Program-made: the position numbers and the translations under genes
The notes under the pieces: model-generated
Told to the model about the DNA's origin: nothing
The model's database searches: none
The model's input: only the letters and a program-made list of their open reading frames with translations
Shown: positions 47,747 through 61,544 of the stretch, piece by piece
Position numbering within the stretch: the stretch's first letter is position 1
How the letters are laid out: every line of letters starts with the position of its first letter
Origin: the human T2T-CHM13v2.0 reference genome, Homo sapiens
Length of the DNA: 64,000 nucleotides
Assembly (NCBI RefSeq): GCF_009914755.1
Contig: NC_060925.1
Strand: one strand, 5' to 3'

Positions 47747-50700
47747 GCTATTAAATAAAAGAAAAATTGAGAAGAGGAATAAATATATGATGGGTACATC
47801 ACTATCAGACACTTACAGCTAGCTGATGTATCATAAGCTTACGTAAAATCCAAGTAAACATTTTTGATAAGTGAGTTTGCTTTCTTTCAAGTTTTCTTTC
47901 TATGATATAATCTCTCATCACTGGAGGCATTCTAATAAATGTATTCTTCCTACACAAATTTATATTCACATCATTTTAAACTAGAGAGCTTTAAGAATAT
48001 TCTTAATTAAAAAAATAAGGCTTTAATTTAGTCAAGAGCATTAAATTTCAGAAAGTGAAAGTTCCATTTCTAGCAGCTATAAAATCCAGAGTATTTCAAT
48101 CTAGGAACTACTCAAATTTCAGAATCCTCTGGATAACAGTCACTAGTAAAAGCATAGTTTGTAACAGTAAATTAAAGTTGTTAGAAACAGTTATTTAAAA
48201 AGTTGTTTGAAAAGACGAATGATAGTAGGTCCTTGATAAATATAAAGAATATATGAGTGAATCTTAGGTTATTCTGAAGGTACTTCCTCCAACAATTCCC
48301 ACAAGCCATTTTAGTGGATTCCAGTGGCATGATAGGCATGCATTCTGAATTGCTTCTCTACCTGTAAGTATAAAATTGATATCCGTCATGGGTAAATGGA
48401 GGAAGATCAAGGCAATGAAACTATTACAATACTGCCACTTAGAAGTGGAAAGAAAACCCAGCTTTCTAAAAACATTCAGGCAAATAGATATTTCTCATAA
48501 GGTTTTACTCTGAGAATGTTGTTCTCTTAAGTCTACTGTATAAGGCTGCTGTATCAGTGGATGGCATGTCGTCTAACAGTTATCAAACCTTAGAGAAAAA
48601 GAGACCTAATCTATGGAAACTAAATAGAGCTTCTATATAAAACGCTAACAAATCAAACCCAGTAGTATACAAGAAGGATAATACATCATGACCAAGGGGG
48701 GTTGGGTTTATATAAGAAACCTATTAATGTGATTCACCACATTAAGAGATTAAAGCAGAATTCAATCTTAAAAAAAGTTTCTATCTGTAGTCAAGTTATG
48801 GACTCTTGCTGGGCCTCAGTTTCTCCATTTTTCACAATAGGTGAATAAATTAATAAGGTTTGAGTTAAAGCAAGCAAGTAGCGGGAACCCTCTAACGACA
48901 TAAAGATACAATGGAATTTGCTGATTATGGCGCAGCTGTCCCAAAAGACACAGCTGAAACTTTGGAAAATGGAAGAGAAAGGAAGACCTGGGTCAGTTGC
49001 CAGGAATTACATTGCATGATGGAGGTAATGTGCTAATAATAAAAGCAAGTAAGCTTGGAGTGCAGCTTCTGGGAGATTTCACCCCAGACTGGGTGAGCCA
49101 TACTCTCTAGGTACCAGGCCTCAATGCCCACCTTCCTTCTTAGGGAGCTGCCCCTAAATCTAAGTCTACTTGTTTTCATCTTGAAATCTCAAAGCCTAAA
49201 TCCCAAACCCCTCTCTCCTATCTGTCTTCTACAGCACATTACCTCCATCATGCAATGTACTTCCTGGCTGTGGACTGCTGGAGAAAGTCCCACGGGATAT
49301 TGGTTTCACCACAGATTTGTGGTCATCAGTCTTAAATTGACCCCCAACACTGCAGCATTTCTACTATATTTTGTAGGTAACACTTGTCTCCCATAGTCCA
49401 AAATGATTCTTTAAATTTTTCCCACACTCCTTTAAACTAAATCCCTCTACCTTCTTCCTCAGTCCAAGCAGATTGCGCTCTCTACTTTCCCAAATCTAAA
49501 AAATCCTTGTTTTTTCCTTCCCAGTATAATAAAGGAAATTACCCTCCTTTAAAAGGATCGCCTCTCCTCCACGACTTAGATCTCATTCCCTCTACGGATA
49601 CCTTGCTTCACTGATTATTACCTCTTTACTCCTGCATATTCAACTTTGTTTGTCTCTCCCGGTTAAAAAACATAAAAAACAAACAAAAAACACAAAAAAT
49701 AAAACTCTTGACTGTACCATCTCCCTGTTGCTCATTTTACTAGCTCTCTCCTTTTCCTCAATCTACGCTCCTCAACCCAGTGCAGTCTGACTTTTCACCC
49801 ATTACTCCATAATGGCAACTCTTGCTAAAGTCAGTTTTGACCTTCATATTGTTAAATCCAGTGGACATTTTGCAATTCTCACTTTCCTAGAGCTCTCTGC
49901 AGCTTTAGATACTGGCAGGCAAGCCCTTTTTCCCCTGAGAAACACCATGTCCCCTTGGCTTTTGACATCTTACAATCTCTCATTTATCTCCTGCCTCTCC
50001 CACAATCCGCCATTGAATGATGGAATTCCAAGACCTAGACCTAGGCTCTCTTTCCATCTCACTTATGACCCTCTCACTAGGTAATCTCATTGTGTAAGGA
50101 ACTGTGGGAGCATAGGTGAAAAAATGGCTCTGAAGAAATCTAAGCAGGCTGATAAAAAATGCAGACTCAGAACCTTTGAATCAAGCTAGTTTACATCTGC
50201 ATTTTATTAAGTATTTTGAGCAGCATTTTCTAATGCAATCAACATTGCATATATATATATTCACAAATGAGATAAATACATTAAATTTAGATGTCATCGA
50301 AAAGTTGGAGAAAATAAAAAGGTATATGGCTTTTAATTCTAAACAATATTTTCATTGTATTTTTCTAGTTTCTCCCTAAAAACAATTTCTGTGAAGAAAA
50401 CCTGGCAACTTATGAATCAGGATGATCTACGTGATCTAATTATAGCATATTATGCATAAAGTCCATATTCCAAAACGCATGATCTATAGAAATGAAACTG
50501 TCGATTTATTATCAACGGTTTAGACTGTTTAAAATGAAGATTCAGAAAGTATGCTTGGCAGATTTGGGGGTGGCCCGAAGCTGAGAAAGCTGGTGAATTT
50601 TGGGGGGCCGAATATAAAGCTAAAAGGCAGACAAGCCCGTCAAAATAAATCCTAAGAAACTTAAAGCTCTAGACTTAAATCCAAATGATCAATTTATACT

Positions 50701-51336
50701 TCACACATGGGGAGGAGAGGTAGTAAGAGATTTAATTTGACAAAGTCCAGAACATCTGGGTTAACTGCAAGTTCAAGCAAGATTAACATGAGGCAAAAAG
50801 GGCTACAGCTAATAATGCGCCGCCCACACTGTTACAAGAGTCCGACCACTGTAAAGATGATTTTCCTTTCACACTCTACCTTGTTAGTTTGCTTCTAGAA
50901 TGTTTATAAGGTTCACCGATACAACAGAGGGTATCTAGACGGTGAACAAAGTCCTGGACGGGGGAGTACAGTGGAAGGATGCGCTTCAAAGCCACGTCTT
51001 TAGAACAAGAGCGGAAAGAATTAGCCAAAGTTGGGCAGCATATGCTTTAAGGAGACACGAGCCTGAAATTGCTGAAAAACTGTTCTATGAAAATGGATTC
51101 GTGTAACTATAAACTTCTCCAGAAGGAAAGCAGTGCGGCTGCCTGGCTGATAGCAGGAATTCGGTTTTGGCTCCCGAAGTCAGACTTGCTAAGGGCTGAC
51201 CTGCAGCCCCAGTCCCCCTCAGGTGGCCGCCAAGGAGCCACGCGTGGGCGAAGCGAAGGAAGGATTTCTGCGCCACTCGACTCCAAAAGCAACAGACTGC
51301 CTTTCTGTTTTAACTACAAATGTTGGATTCTGCTAA

Positions 51337-51662
<326 letters not shown>

Positions 51663-51759
51663 CTTTCGTATTTTTAAATTAAGAGTCCCAAAGTCATTCT
51701 TCTCAGACTGCCTTCTAAAAGCCCAAACAGCGAAATCAAGAGTAAAAGCGCCAAGACGG

Positions 51760-52620
51760 TGACCCGGGTCTAGGGGATTCCCCCCTGGAGGCCAGTCACC
51801 TCGGCGCCTTCCCCTCAAACTGCTAATCTAGGGCCGACTCCCTGCAGCCACCCCCGCAGGCGGCCCCGCAGCGACTCCGGCAAGAGGAGCCCGACCTCCG
51901 TTCCCTCGCCCCGTACGCCGGGACGGCCCTAGTCAGTCCGCACGGAAGCGCCGCGCCGCGCCGCGCGCCCGCCCCACTCACCTATCCGGTGCGGGAACCT
52001 CGCCTCCCTAGGCTCGAGTCCCGACTGGGCTTGAGGGCCCGGCTGGGCGGGATTCGGACGCGGGGGGCGGAGCCGGGACAGGGATTGACTCTGGGGTTTG
52101 CACTCAGTGCGCGCTTTGGCGGAGGGGTAGGCCAGGATCTCTAGGCTGGAAGAGACTGGATGAGGGGTGTTTTTTTGGGAGGGGAGGGGCGGGATTTGGG
52201 CAGTTCCGGGCTTGCGGGAACAAGGGGGCGGGGCGGGGGCGAGCCCGGATGTGGCCAGGGATTGGCTGTGGAGTGTGACTCACGGCGCGCGATGACGGTG
52301 GGGTCCGCCGCGATCGCGGAATGGATGGAAATGGAGGAGGGAAGGGGTGGGGGCCACGGGTTGGGCTTGAGTGAGGAAGGGGACAAGATGGAGGATGGCC
52401 TGGACGTGGCCGGGGATTGGCTATGGGTGTGGACTCAGGGAACTCCATTGGCTGTGGAGTCGGCCGGGATCACATGCTGGTTCAGGCATGCGTAGGTGCG
52501 GGCTCGAGTTAGTGGGGCGGGGACTTGGATATGGGTATGGAATTTGGCCCCAGGGCTCGAATCGGATGTATGCGACTGATCGGGTTGGGGCAGGTTATAG
52601 GACGAGGACTGGTTTGCAAG
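51760..52620. promoter_or_regulatory. CpG-island promoter with GC boxes, CCAAT boxes (ATTGG at 52261, 52416, 52447) and AP-1 TGACTCA (52276-52282)
   Basis: Sharp rise in GC and CpG density; GGGGCGGGGC boxes; surrounds the first-exon donor. Confidence 0.88.
51982..52120 (-). other. KYAT3: Non-coding first exon of KYAT3, probably shared with RBMXL1 (5' end/TSS uncertain)
   Basis: Consensus donor GATAG|gtgagt (51982/51981) inside the CpG island; no minus-strand ATG in 51982-52140. Confidence 0.75.
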
Positions 52621-53290
52621 GATGGGCAAGCTGTGGGGCCGCTGGGCTTGTACAAGTGGAGGGATCGGGTTGGAATAACTTTGGAAGGTGCCTGAGAGAG
52701 GGCAGGGCTAGAGAGAGTGTGAAAAGGGGTTCCTAGATGCATTTGTCATTTGAGATGGGGGTGTGGGGTTAAAAAGCGTAAAGGAACTTCACTTTCCTGG
52801 ATATGAGTTTGATCAGCAAACTAAGAATGAAAGGGACATGTGAGACTGAAGAAGGAAGAAAAATGACACTAAAAAGCGAAAAAGAAAATTCTCTAGGAAA
52901 ACAAGGAAACCACTGGTGACTTCTTTGGGGAGGGCAGTGTCAGCGAAAGGAGAGTTTTTGTTAAAAATTGAATTTTATGTTTGGATATTTTTCCTCTTCT
53001 ATTTTAAGAGGATGAGAGGCTAGAGGGAGTGGGAGAGGCGTTAGCATTGTTATTCAGTTCTAAAGGAGGGAACAAAAGTATACATTGATTAAAGGAATAT
53101 ACTCTTCAACTAGGTACAGGAAGTTTCAGAAGACGGTTAGGTGCATGGAGAAATTATTGTGTACAGGTAGGGGCGAGCCTGGATGTGGCCTGGGATTGGC
53201 TGTGGAGTGTGACTCAGCGCGCACTGGCTGTGGGGTCCCCCGCGATTGGTGATCATACTACATCTCACCTTTAGGAGGGAGGAAAAGTGC

Positions 53291-53411
53291 AGGGCTAAAG
53301 CTGTAATCGGCAAAGAAGCAACAATCATATTAGCTGGGGGAGGAGGAAAGGTGTAGGGCTAAAGCTGTAATCGGCAAAGAAGCAACAATCATATTAGCTG
53401 GGGGAGGAGGA
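53291..53411. repeat. Tandem duplication, period 64 bp (57 bp identical), within an LTR-like remnant extending to ~53642
   Basis: agggctaaagctgtaatcggcaaagaagcaacaatcatattagctgggggaggagga at 53291 and 53355. Confidence 0.9.
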
Positions 53412-53978
53412 TAGTTTGGTATTTTTGTAGTTTGCACAGTGACCTTTTTAAAAATCTGGTTAGGCAAAAATAGTGTGATCTTGTTTGTTGTCTCACTTCA
53501 TTATGATCACAGAATGACCTGGTATGATGTTAGTGTTTTATGAGAGTGTTATGTTTTAACAGGGGAACACCGCAGTCAATTCCTAACAACACTAAAGTGT
53601 CAGTTCTGTTCGTGACACCAAGGGCTGTTTTTCTTTTTCTCATATAATGTTGAGGCAACTGGGAAGAATGAGGTAGAGAAAACATGTGTCTTAAACCTTA
53701 CATTCTGGTAGGGAGAGACAAGCAATAGACAAGTAAGTATAAAAAATGACTTTAGAGGGTGGTAAGTGCTATGAAAGAAGCAGTGATGGGTGGAGATAGC
53801 TGCAAATTTAAATAGGATGGTCAGGAAGTCTTTTTTGAGGAGGTGACATTAGAACTCAGAATTGAATGGTAAGGAAGCAGCCTTGCAAAAATGATTCTGG
53901 AAAGGGAAATAGGAGTTGAAAAGGCCCTGAATGTACAAAAAGGCCGTGTAAGTGAGTCCTTGAAATTACTAGCTAATA

Positions 53979-54292
<314 letters not shown>

Positions 54293-56024
54293 GAAATTAC
54301 TAGCTAATAGGTATATTGCCCTTTACCCTTTTATCTTGTTTTCTGAATACAAAAATTACCCTTATACCCTAATATTACCCTTATATTACCTTATACCCTT
54401 GTTTTCTGAATAAAAAATTACCCTTATACCCTTGTTTTCTGAATAAAAAATTATGTAGATTAGGCCTTTTTCCTTGCCTCTTCTAAAGAACTAAAAATAT
54501 TTTGAAATATAACAGAGAGAAAGGGGTATAGCATAATGGATAAGCCAAATTGCCTGGTTCAAATTCCACCTCTGCGATTTTCTAGCTGTGTTACCTTGGG
54601 CAAGTTATTTCATTTCTCTGTGCTTCAGTCTCCTCAATTGTAAAAAGTGAATAATAGAACCCTACTCAGAGTGTTATTGTAAGGATTAAATGATTTAATG
54701 AATCAATCAACCAAAACAAAACCAACAATATTTAGGAGAGTACTCAGTCCTTAGTAAGTACTATAACATTGGTCGTTACGAAAAAGGGAAAGAGAAACTT
54801 TAGGATGGGGCTGCTATTTATCCCCCACTATTTGATACTCTCTTCTATTTTTTTAAAAAAACTTTTTTTGGGTCACAATCTGTTTTTAAATCTATAGTAA
54901 TAGAGTCCCCAAGTTTCAGCAAAGTACATGGGTGCATTGTATAAAGAATGCATTTCCACCCTCTGTTATGGCTAGGTTGGCTGTATGACCAAATTGTGGC
55001 CAATGGCATATAAATGGGAGCTGTACGTGCAGCTGCCATGAAATGTCTTAAAGGAGTGGTAGGCCCTTCTTGTTCCCTTGGTTTGCAGTTTACCTGCCAG
55101 TTTGGGTGCATGGTACAGGTCTAAGATGCCTGCAGCCCTCTTGGACCACCATATGGAATCTACAAGTTCAAGATGATCTAGTGCAATAGAATGAGAGACA
55201 AGGATCCTGAGCCCTGACATCATGGAGCCACCACTCCAGCTCTGGACCAATTATCTATATTTGCAGATAAATAAATCAACTTCAATTTTGTTTAACTCTT
55301 TTACATTTGTTTCCTGAAGTGTAGCCACAGTTTGCCTGTAATTGTTTACTGACTACTATTCTAGTTGATTCCCAAAGGCATTCCGCTTTCCTTTTACATG
55401 GGTCTTCCAGGTGACAATAGAGGAGTGAGGGAGGAAAACAAGTTGGAAGATAGTAGCAATGCCTCATTATCTGAAAATGCTGCTGAAGAGGTATCTGTGA
55501 CTTCTAGGTACTAAGAGTCAAGGAGGCAGGACTACATTTTCCTTTATCTTATAACCCTACAGTAGTACTAAGAAGGACTGCTCTAGGAAACAAGACAACT
55601 AAGTGTGGGGTTGTAAGTTCCTAAAGACTTTTCCACCTTATAATCCTGCTCTAGAGAATTATGTTCAGTTTTCAGTCTCACGTAAGTATTTTAAATGCAA
55701 TATTTATGTGTGTGTATTAGAATATTAAACTAATGTTTCCTAGCCAGATAATAATAGCTATACAAACATTAGTTCAACTATTTCAAAAACCATAATAGAA
55801 ATTGTACACTTAACCCATGGAAAGGCTGATCAGGGTAAATGTGTGTCTCATTTATCTGTTGTCTGTCTATTCACATACACGTTTGGCTGTATTGATAGCA
55901 ACTTAACTGTTAGAATTTGTGATTTGAATCAGTCAGATAGTCTTTACAGTCTTTGAACAATTTTTAAAAAGGGAAAATGAATTTTGACTTTACAAATCAG
56001 TTTGGCGCAGAATATACATTCCTC

Positions 56025-57787
56025 TCATCTGCACATGGCACATACTCTAAGGTTGACCACATGCTCAACCATAACGCAATTCTCAACAAATTGCAAAAAA
56101 CTGGAATAATACCAGCCACACTCTAGTACTACAGCACAATAAAAATAGAAATCAATACCCAGAAGATCTCTTAAAACTATAAATTACATGGAAATTAAAC
56201 AGCCTGCTCCTGGGTGATGTTTGGGTAAACAATGAAATTAAGGCAGAAATCAAAAAAGTCTTTCAAACTAATGAAAACAAAGATACAACATATCAGAATC
56301 TCTGGAACACAGTTAAAGCAGGGGTAAGAAGAAAGTTTATAGTGCTAAACGCCTACATCAAGAAGTTAGAAAGATCTCAAATGAACAACCTAACATCACA
56401 CCTACAGGAACTAGAAAAACGAGCAAATCAACTCCAGAACTAGCAAAAGAAAAGAAATGACCAAAATTGAGCAGACTGAATGAAATCGAGATGCAAAATC
56501 CATACAAAAGATCAATGAAACCAAAAGTTGTTTCTTTGGAAGAATAAGATTTAAAGACTATTAGATTAATAAGGAAAAAGAAGATCCAAATAAACACAAT
56601 CAGAAATGACAAATATGACATTACCATTGACCTTACAGAAAAAAAAAATACCCAGACACTATTATGAACTCCTCTGTGCACACAAACTAGAAAACCTGGA
56701 AGAAATGGGTAAATTCCCAGAAACATATAACCTCTCAAGAATGAACTAGGAAGAAATTGAAATCCTGAACACACCAATAATGGGATCCAAGTTGAATCAG
56801 TACTAAAAAACCTACCAACAAGAAAAACCTGTGGACCAGATGGATTTACAGCCGAATTCTACCAGATGTATAAAGAAGAGCTGTCAATAATCCTACTGAA
56901 ATTATTCCAGAAAAATCAAGGAGGAGGGACTCCTTACTAACCCCTGAGGGTCAGCATCAGTCTGATATCGAAACCTGGCAGAGACACAGCAAAAAAACAA
57001 AACTTCAGCCGGGCGCAGTGACCCACGCCTGTAATCCCAGCACTCTGGGAGGCCGAGGCGGGCGGATCACGAAGTCAGGAGATCGAGACCATCCTGGCTA
57101 ACACGGTGAAACCCCGTGTCCACTAAAAATACAAAAAAATTAGTCGGGCGTGGTGGCGGGCGCCTGTAGTCCCAGCTACTCGGAGGCTGAGGTAGGAGAA
57201 TGGCCTGAACCCGGAAGGCGGAGCTTTCAGTCAGCCGAGATCCAGGCACTGCACTCCAGCCTGGGCGACAGAGCAGGACTCCGTCTCAAAAAAAAAAAAA
57301 AGAGAAAACTAAAGGCCAACATCCCTGATGACTACAGACACAAAAGTCCTTAGCAAAATACTAACAAATCAAATCCAGCAACACCAAAAAGCTAATCCAC
57401 CATAACCAATAGGCTTTATTTCTGGGATGCAAGGTTGGTTCAAAATATGCAAATTACACATAAAAACTACAATGAGATATCATCTCACCCCAGTTAAAAT
57501 GGCTTACATTCAAAAGACAGGCAATAACAAATGCTGGCAAGGGTGTGGAGAAAAGGGAAACCTCGTACACTGTTGGTAGGAATGTAAATTAGTACAACTA
57601 CTATGGAGAATAGCTTGGAGGTTCCTGAAAAAAAAAAAAAAAAAAAAAACACAAAACAACAAAAACTAAAAACAGAGCTACCATATCATCCAGGAATCCC
57701 ACTAGTGGGTAAATACCCACAAGAAAGGAAATTAGTATATCAAAGGGATGGCTTCACCCCCATGTTTATTGCAGCAGTGTTCACAAT
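56025..57787 (+). mobile_element. L1 ORF2 fragment with an internal deletion, interrupted by AluY (57007-57302)
   Basis: EN/Z-region motifs (cagccgaattctaccagatgtataaagaagagc), then ORF2 C-terminal motifs (acaatgagatatcatctcacccc). Confidence 0.85.
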
Positions 57788-58270
57788 GCTGGCCCAAAGA
57801 TAGTGCTAGATGCTTCATGCCAGTTAGATCCCTAGAGCAATGTTAGGAATATTAATCAACACCAGCTTTTCTAGGTCTTTAAAGAAGGGATACTGATGAA
57901 ATCCTTTGTGGGGAGTAGAGGGAGAAGATTCTATTATAAATAGCACAAGAATATAAATAATTATCAAACTCGTGAAATAATCAATATGATGTTTAATAAT
58001 TGTAAACTTTCAGGGAGAAGTGTTAGGAATGGAGTTGGGATAATAAAGTGTATATAAGATGTTCATTCATTTAAAAAAATTATTTATTATATGTATATGT
58101 GCCTGGCAACCTTTCTAGACTCTACTGATGCTGTGAGGAACAAAAAAGACAAAGACCCTGCCCACTGGACCTTATTTTCTAGTAGGGAGGGGAGACAGGC
58201 AGTAAGTTTGAACAAACTCATCAGTAATGTAAGGTAGTGATTAAATATTGTGAGGAAAAATAAAAATTCT

Positions 58271-58287
58271 GGCCACTAGATGGTGCT
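58271..58287 (+). promoter_or_regulatory. CTCF-like motif GGCCACTAGATGGTGCT
   Basis: Core consensus match with one substitution. Confidence 0.55.
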
Positions 58288-58363
58288 CATTGCTTTCTTA
58301 ATTTCTTTCACTTACCCAGTTCATTCAACTGGGTAGGGATGCTGACTGCATGTTGCTCTATTA

Positions 58364-59050
<687 letters not shown>

Positions 59051-59574
59051 CTCTAATTAACTGATAAGGTGAAATAGGGCTAAGACATACTAAAGAGCTG
59101 TGTGAACTATCTTGTTATAGGGGGATTAGATTAACTCCTTCCTAAATCATAGATGTGCTCTCCCCTCAATTTCCTGGGTATTTAATTTTCTTTCATTTGT
59201 TTAATATATGTATTCAGCATAGACTTTAAGCTCTTTAAGAGAGAAACACAACCATGTTTCCTAGTCCTTGGCGGAGAATCTTGTAGATAACAACTATCTT
59301 GAATGAATAAATTCCTCTAGCCTAAGCAATTGCTGTTTTCTATGTAGTCTTACCTAACTTCCTAAAAGGACTGTTTTAGAGTTAGACTGGGGGGGAAATC
59401 TATATAATAAAACATGGGAGAACATTAAAGTTAGTCTTTGTTAAGGCTAACTCTAGAAAGAAGGTCTTGAGCCTTCTTTTCTATTGTGAGTAGAAGGAGC
59501 ATTATAAGAACTACAGGGTGATGGAATCTAAGGAGATACAGGAATTGTGATCCATCCTGACAGTCTCTTGGTCT

Positions 59575-60650
59575 TAGAGTAGTTTTAATATACAGATCCT
59601 GTTCATGCTTTGTTAGATTTATATCTATTTGTTTCCTTTTTTTGTAGCTATTGTAAATAGTATCATTTTTAAAATTTTGGTTTCCAGTTTTTCTTTGCTT
59701 ATATATAGAAACTGTTGAAGGTTGATTTTTGTGTGCTGACCTTGTATCTTTTGACTGTATTAAATTCATTTATTAGTTCTAAGAGTTTTATTGTAGATTA
59801 CCTGGGATTTTCTACATAGGCAATAATGTTGCCTGCAAATAAGGACAGTTTTATTTGATGCTTTCTGATCTATATGCCTTTTATATCCTTTTCTTCCCAA
59901 ATTGCACTAACACTTCCATTGTACTAACAATTCCGATGTAATGTTGAATGGGAGTGGTGAGAGTGAACATTCTTGTGTTGTTCCTAGATCTGAGGGGCAA
60001 AAGATTCAGTGTTTCATCAAGTATGATGTTAGCTGTAGAGTTTTTGCAGATGCCCTTGATCGGTTTGAAGAAGTTCATTTCCACTCCTATTTGCTGAGTT
60101 TTCATATGAATGACTGTCATATTTTATCAAGCTTTTTCTTTATCTATTTATATAACCATGTGATTTTTTTTCCTTCTTTAGACTTTTAGTGTGGTGAATT
60201 ACACTAGTTGATTTTTGAACTGCTTTACATCCACAGGATGAATCCCACTTGATTGGTGTGCATTATTTTTCTATATTGCTGGATTTGATTTTTTAATAGT
60301 TTGTAGAGGATTTTTGCATCTATGTTTATGAGGGATAATGGTCTGTAGTTTACTTTTGTACTGTATTTGTTTAATTTTGTTATCAGGATGATGCTGTGCT
60401 CATAGAATGAATTGGGAAATGTTCCCTTTTATATTTTCTGAAAGAAATTATTAAGAATTGGAATTATTTAAAAAATGCTTAGTAAGGTTTGCCAGTCAAG
60501 AGGAACTATCTGGATGTGGAGATTTGTTTTTCAGATTCTTAACTTTTTTACTCCATTTCAGTTTCTTTAGAAATTATATGACAGTTCAGGTTATCTATTT
60601 TAACTTGGGTGAGTTTTAGTTGCTTGTTTGTGCTTTTTTCAGAAATTAGT
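59575..60650 (-). mobile_element. Old L1M ORF2 fragment
   Basis: ORF 59881-60120 (IKGICKNSTANIIL...) resembles L1 RT. Confidence 0.75.
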
Positions 60651-61544
60651 CCATTTGAGTTGCAGAAGTTATACACATAGAGTTGTCAGAATGTTGAAAT
60701 GTTGATTTTTAGTTTTACTATTTAATGCATCAAAGATTAAAAGTATTTCTTAAATCTTGATGTTTTTTAAAATTTTTTTGGTAGAAACACTTTATTTGGC
60801 TTTGTTGATTCTTGAGCCTGGTCATTTGTAAGACTGATTGGACAGGTTTCACTGAGGGATTTCTGCCTTTTTTTTTTCTTTTTTTTTGTCAGGATCTCAG
60901 TGTTTGATGTGCTCCTTCCCTGTGGATCAGAGGAGCTTGTATTTCCTTTCACTAAACTCAGAGAAGGAAAACCAGCAACTTATTACTTAAACAAGAGAAG
61001 AAATACTTCTGTAAACTGAAAATATTTTTGGCACAGAGACACATACCATACAGGCCAGCAATTTTAGGCCTTAAGCTATGGTAGCTTCAGCAAACAGGAA
61101 ATGAATAAGGGAAACCTGAAGCACCTTGTCATACAGATAGTGAGAAGGCTACAGGGTCATTCCAAAAGGATTCCAGAGCCAACTTATTCAGGCTCCCAAT
61201 GGCCAGTACTCCTGGTTGTAGATCCAGGAACAATGCAAGAAAATCATAGCATTGCATTGCCATTTTCTTGTCATTGTTGCACTCAATGACACTCTCAGAC
61301 CTACTATGTCAGAAAGTCAGAGGAAGGGTAGGGGCCAGGGAATCTTTATACTTAATAAGGTGATTTTAATGCATATCAGGATTGAGGAGCACTGGTGAAA
61401 GCAACATGCCTCCTTGGACAGTGAGCTTTATTTGATTCCTGGAGATATTAAAGAAAAGCACTAAATCAGAAGTCAGATGATATGGATTTGGGTCAGGACA
61501 TTGATGCTACCAAACTAAGGAGGAAGTAACTTAATTTTGCTGAG

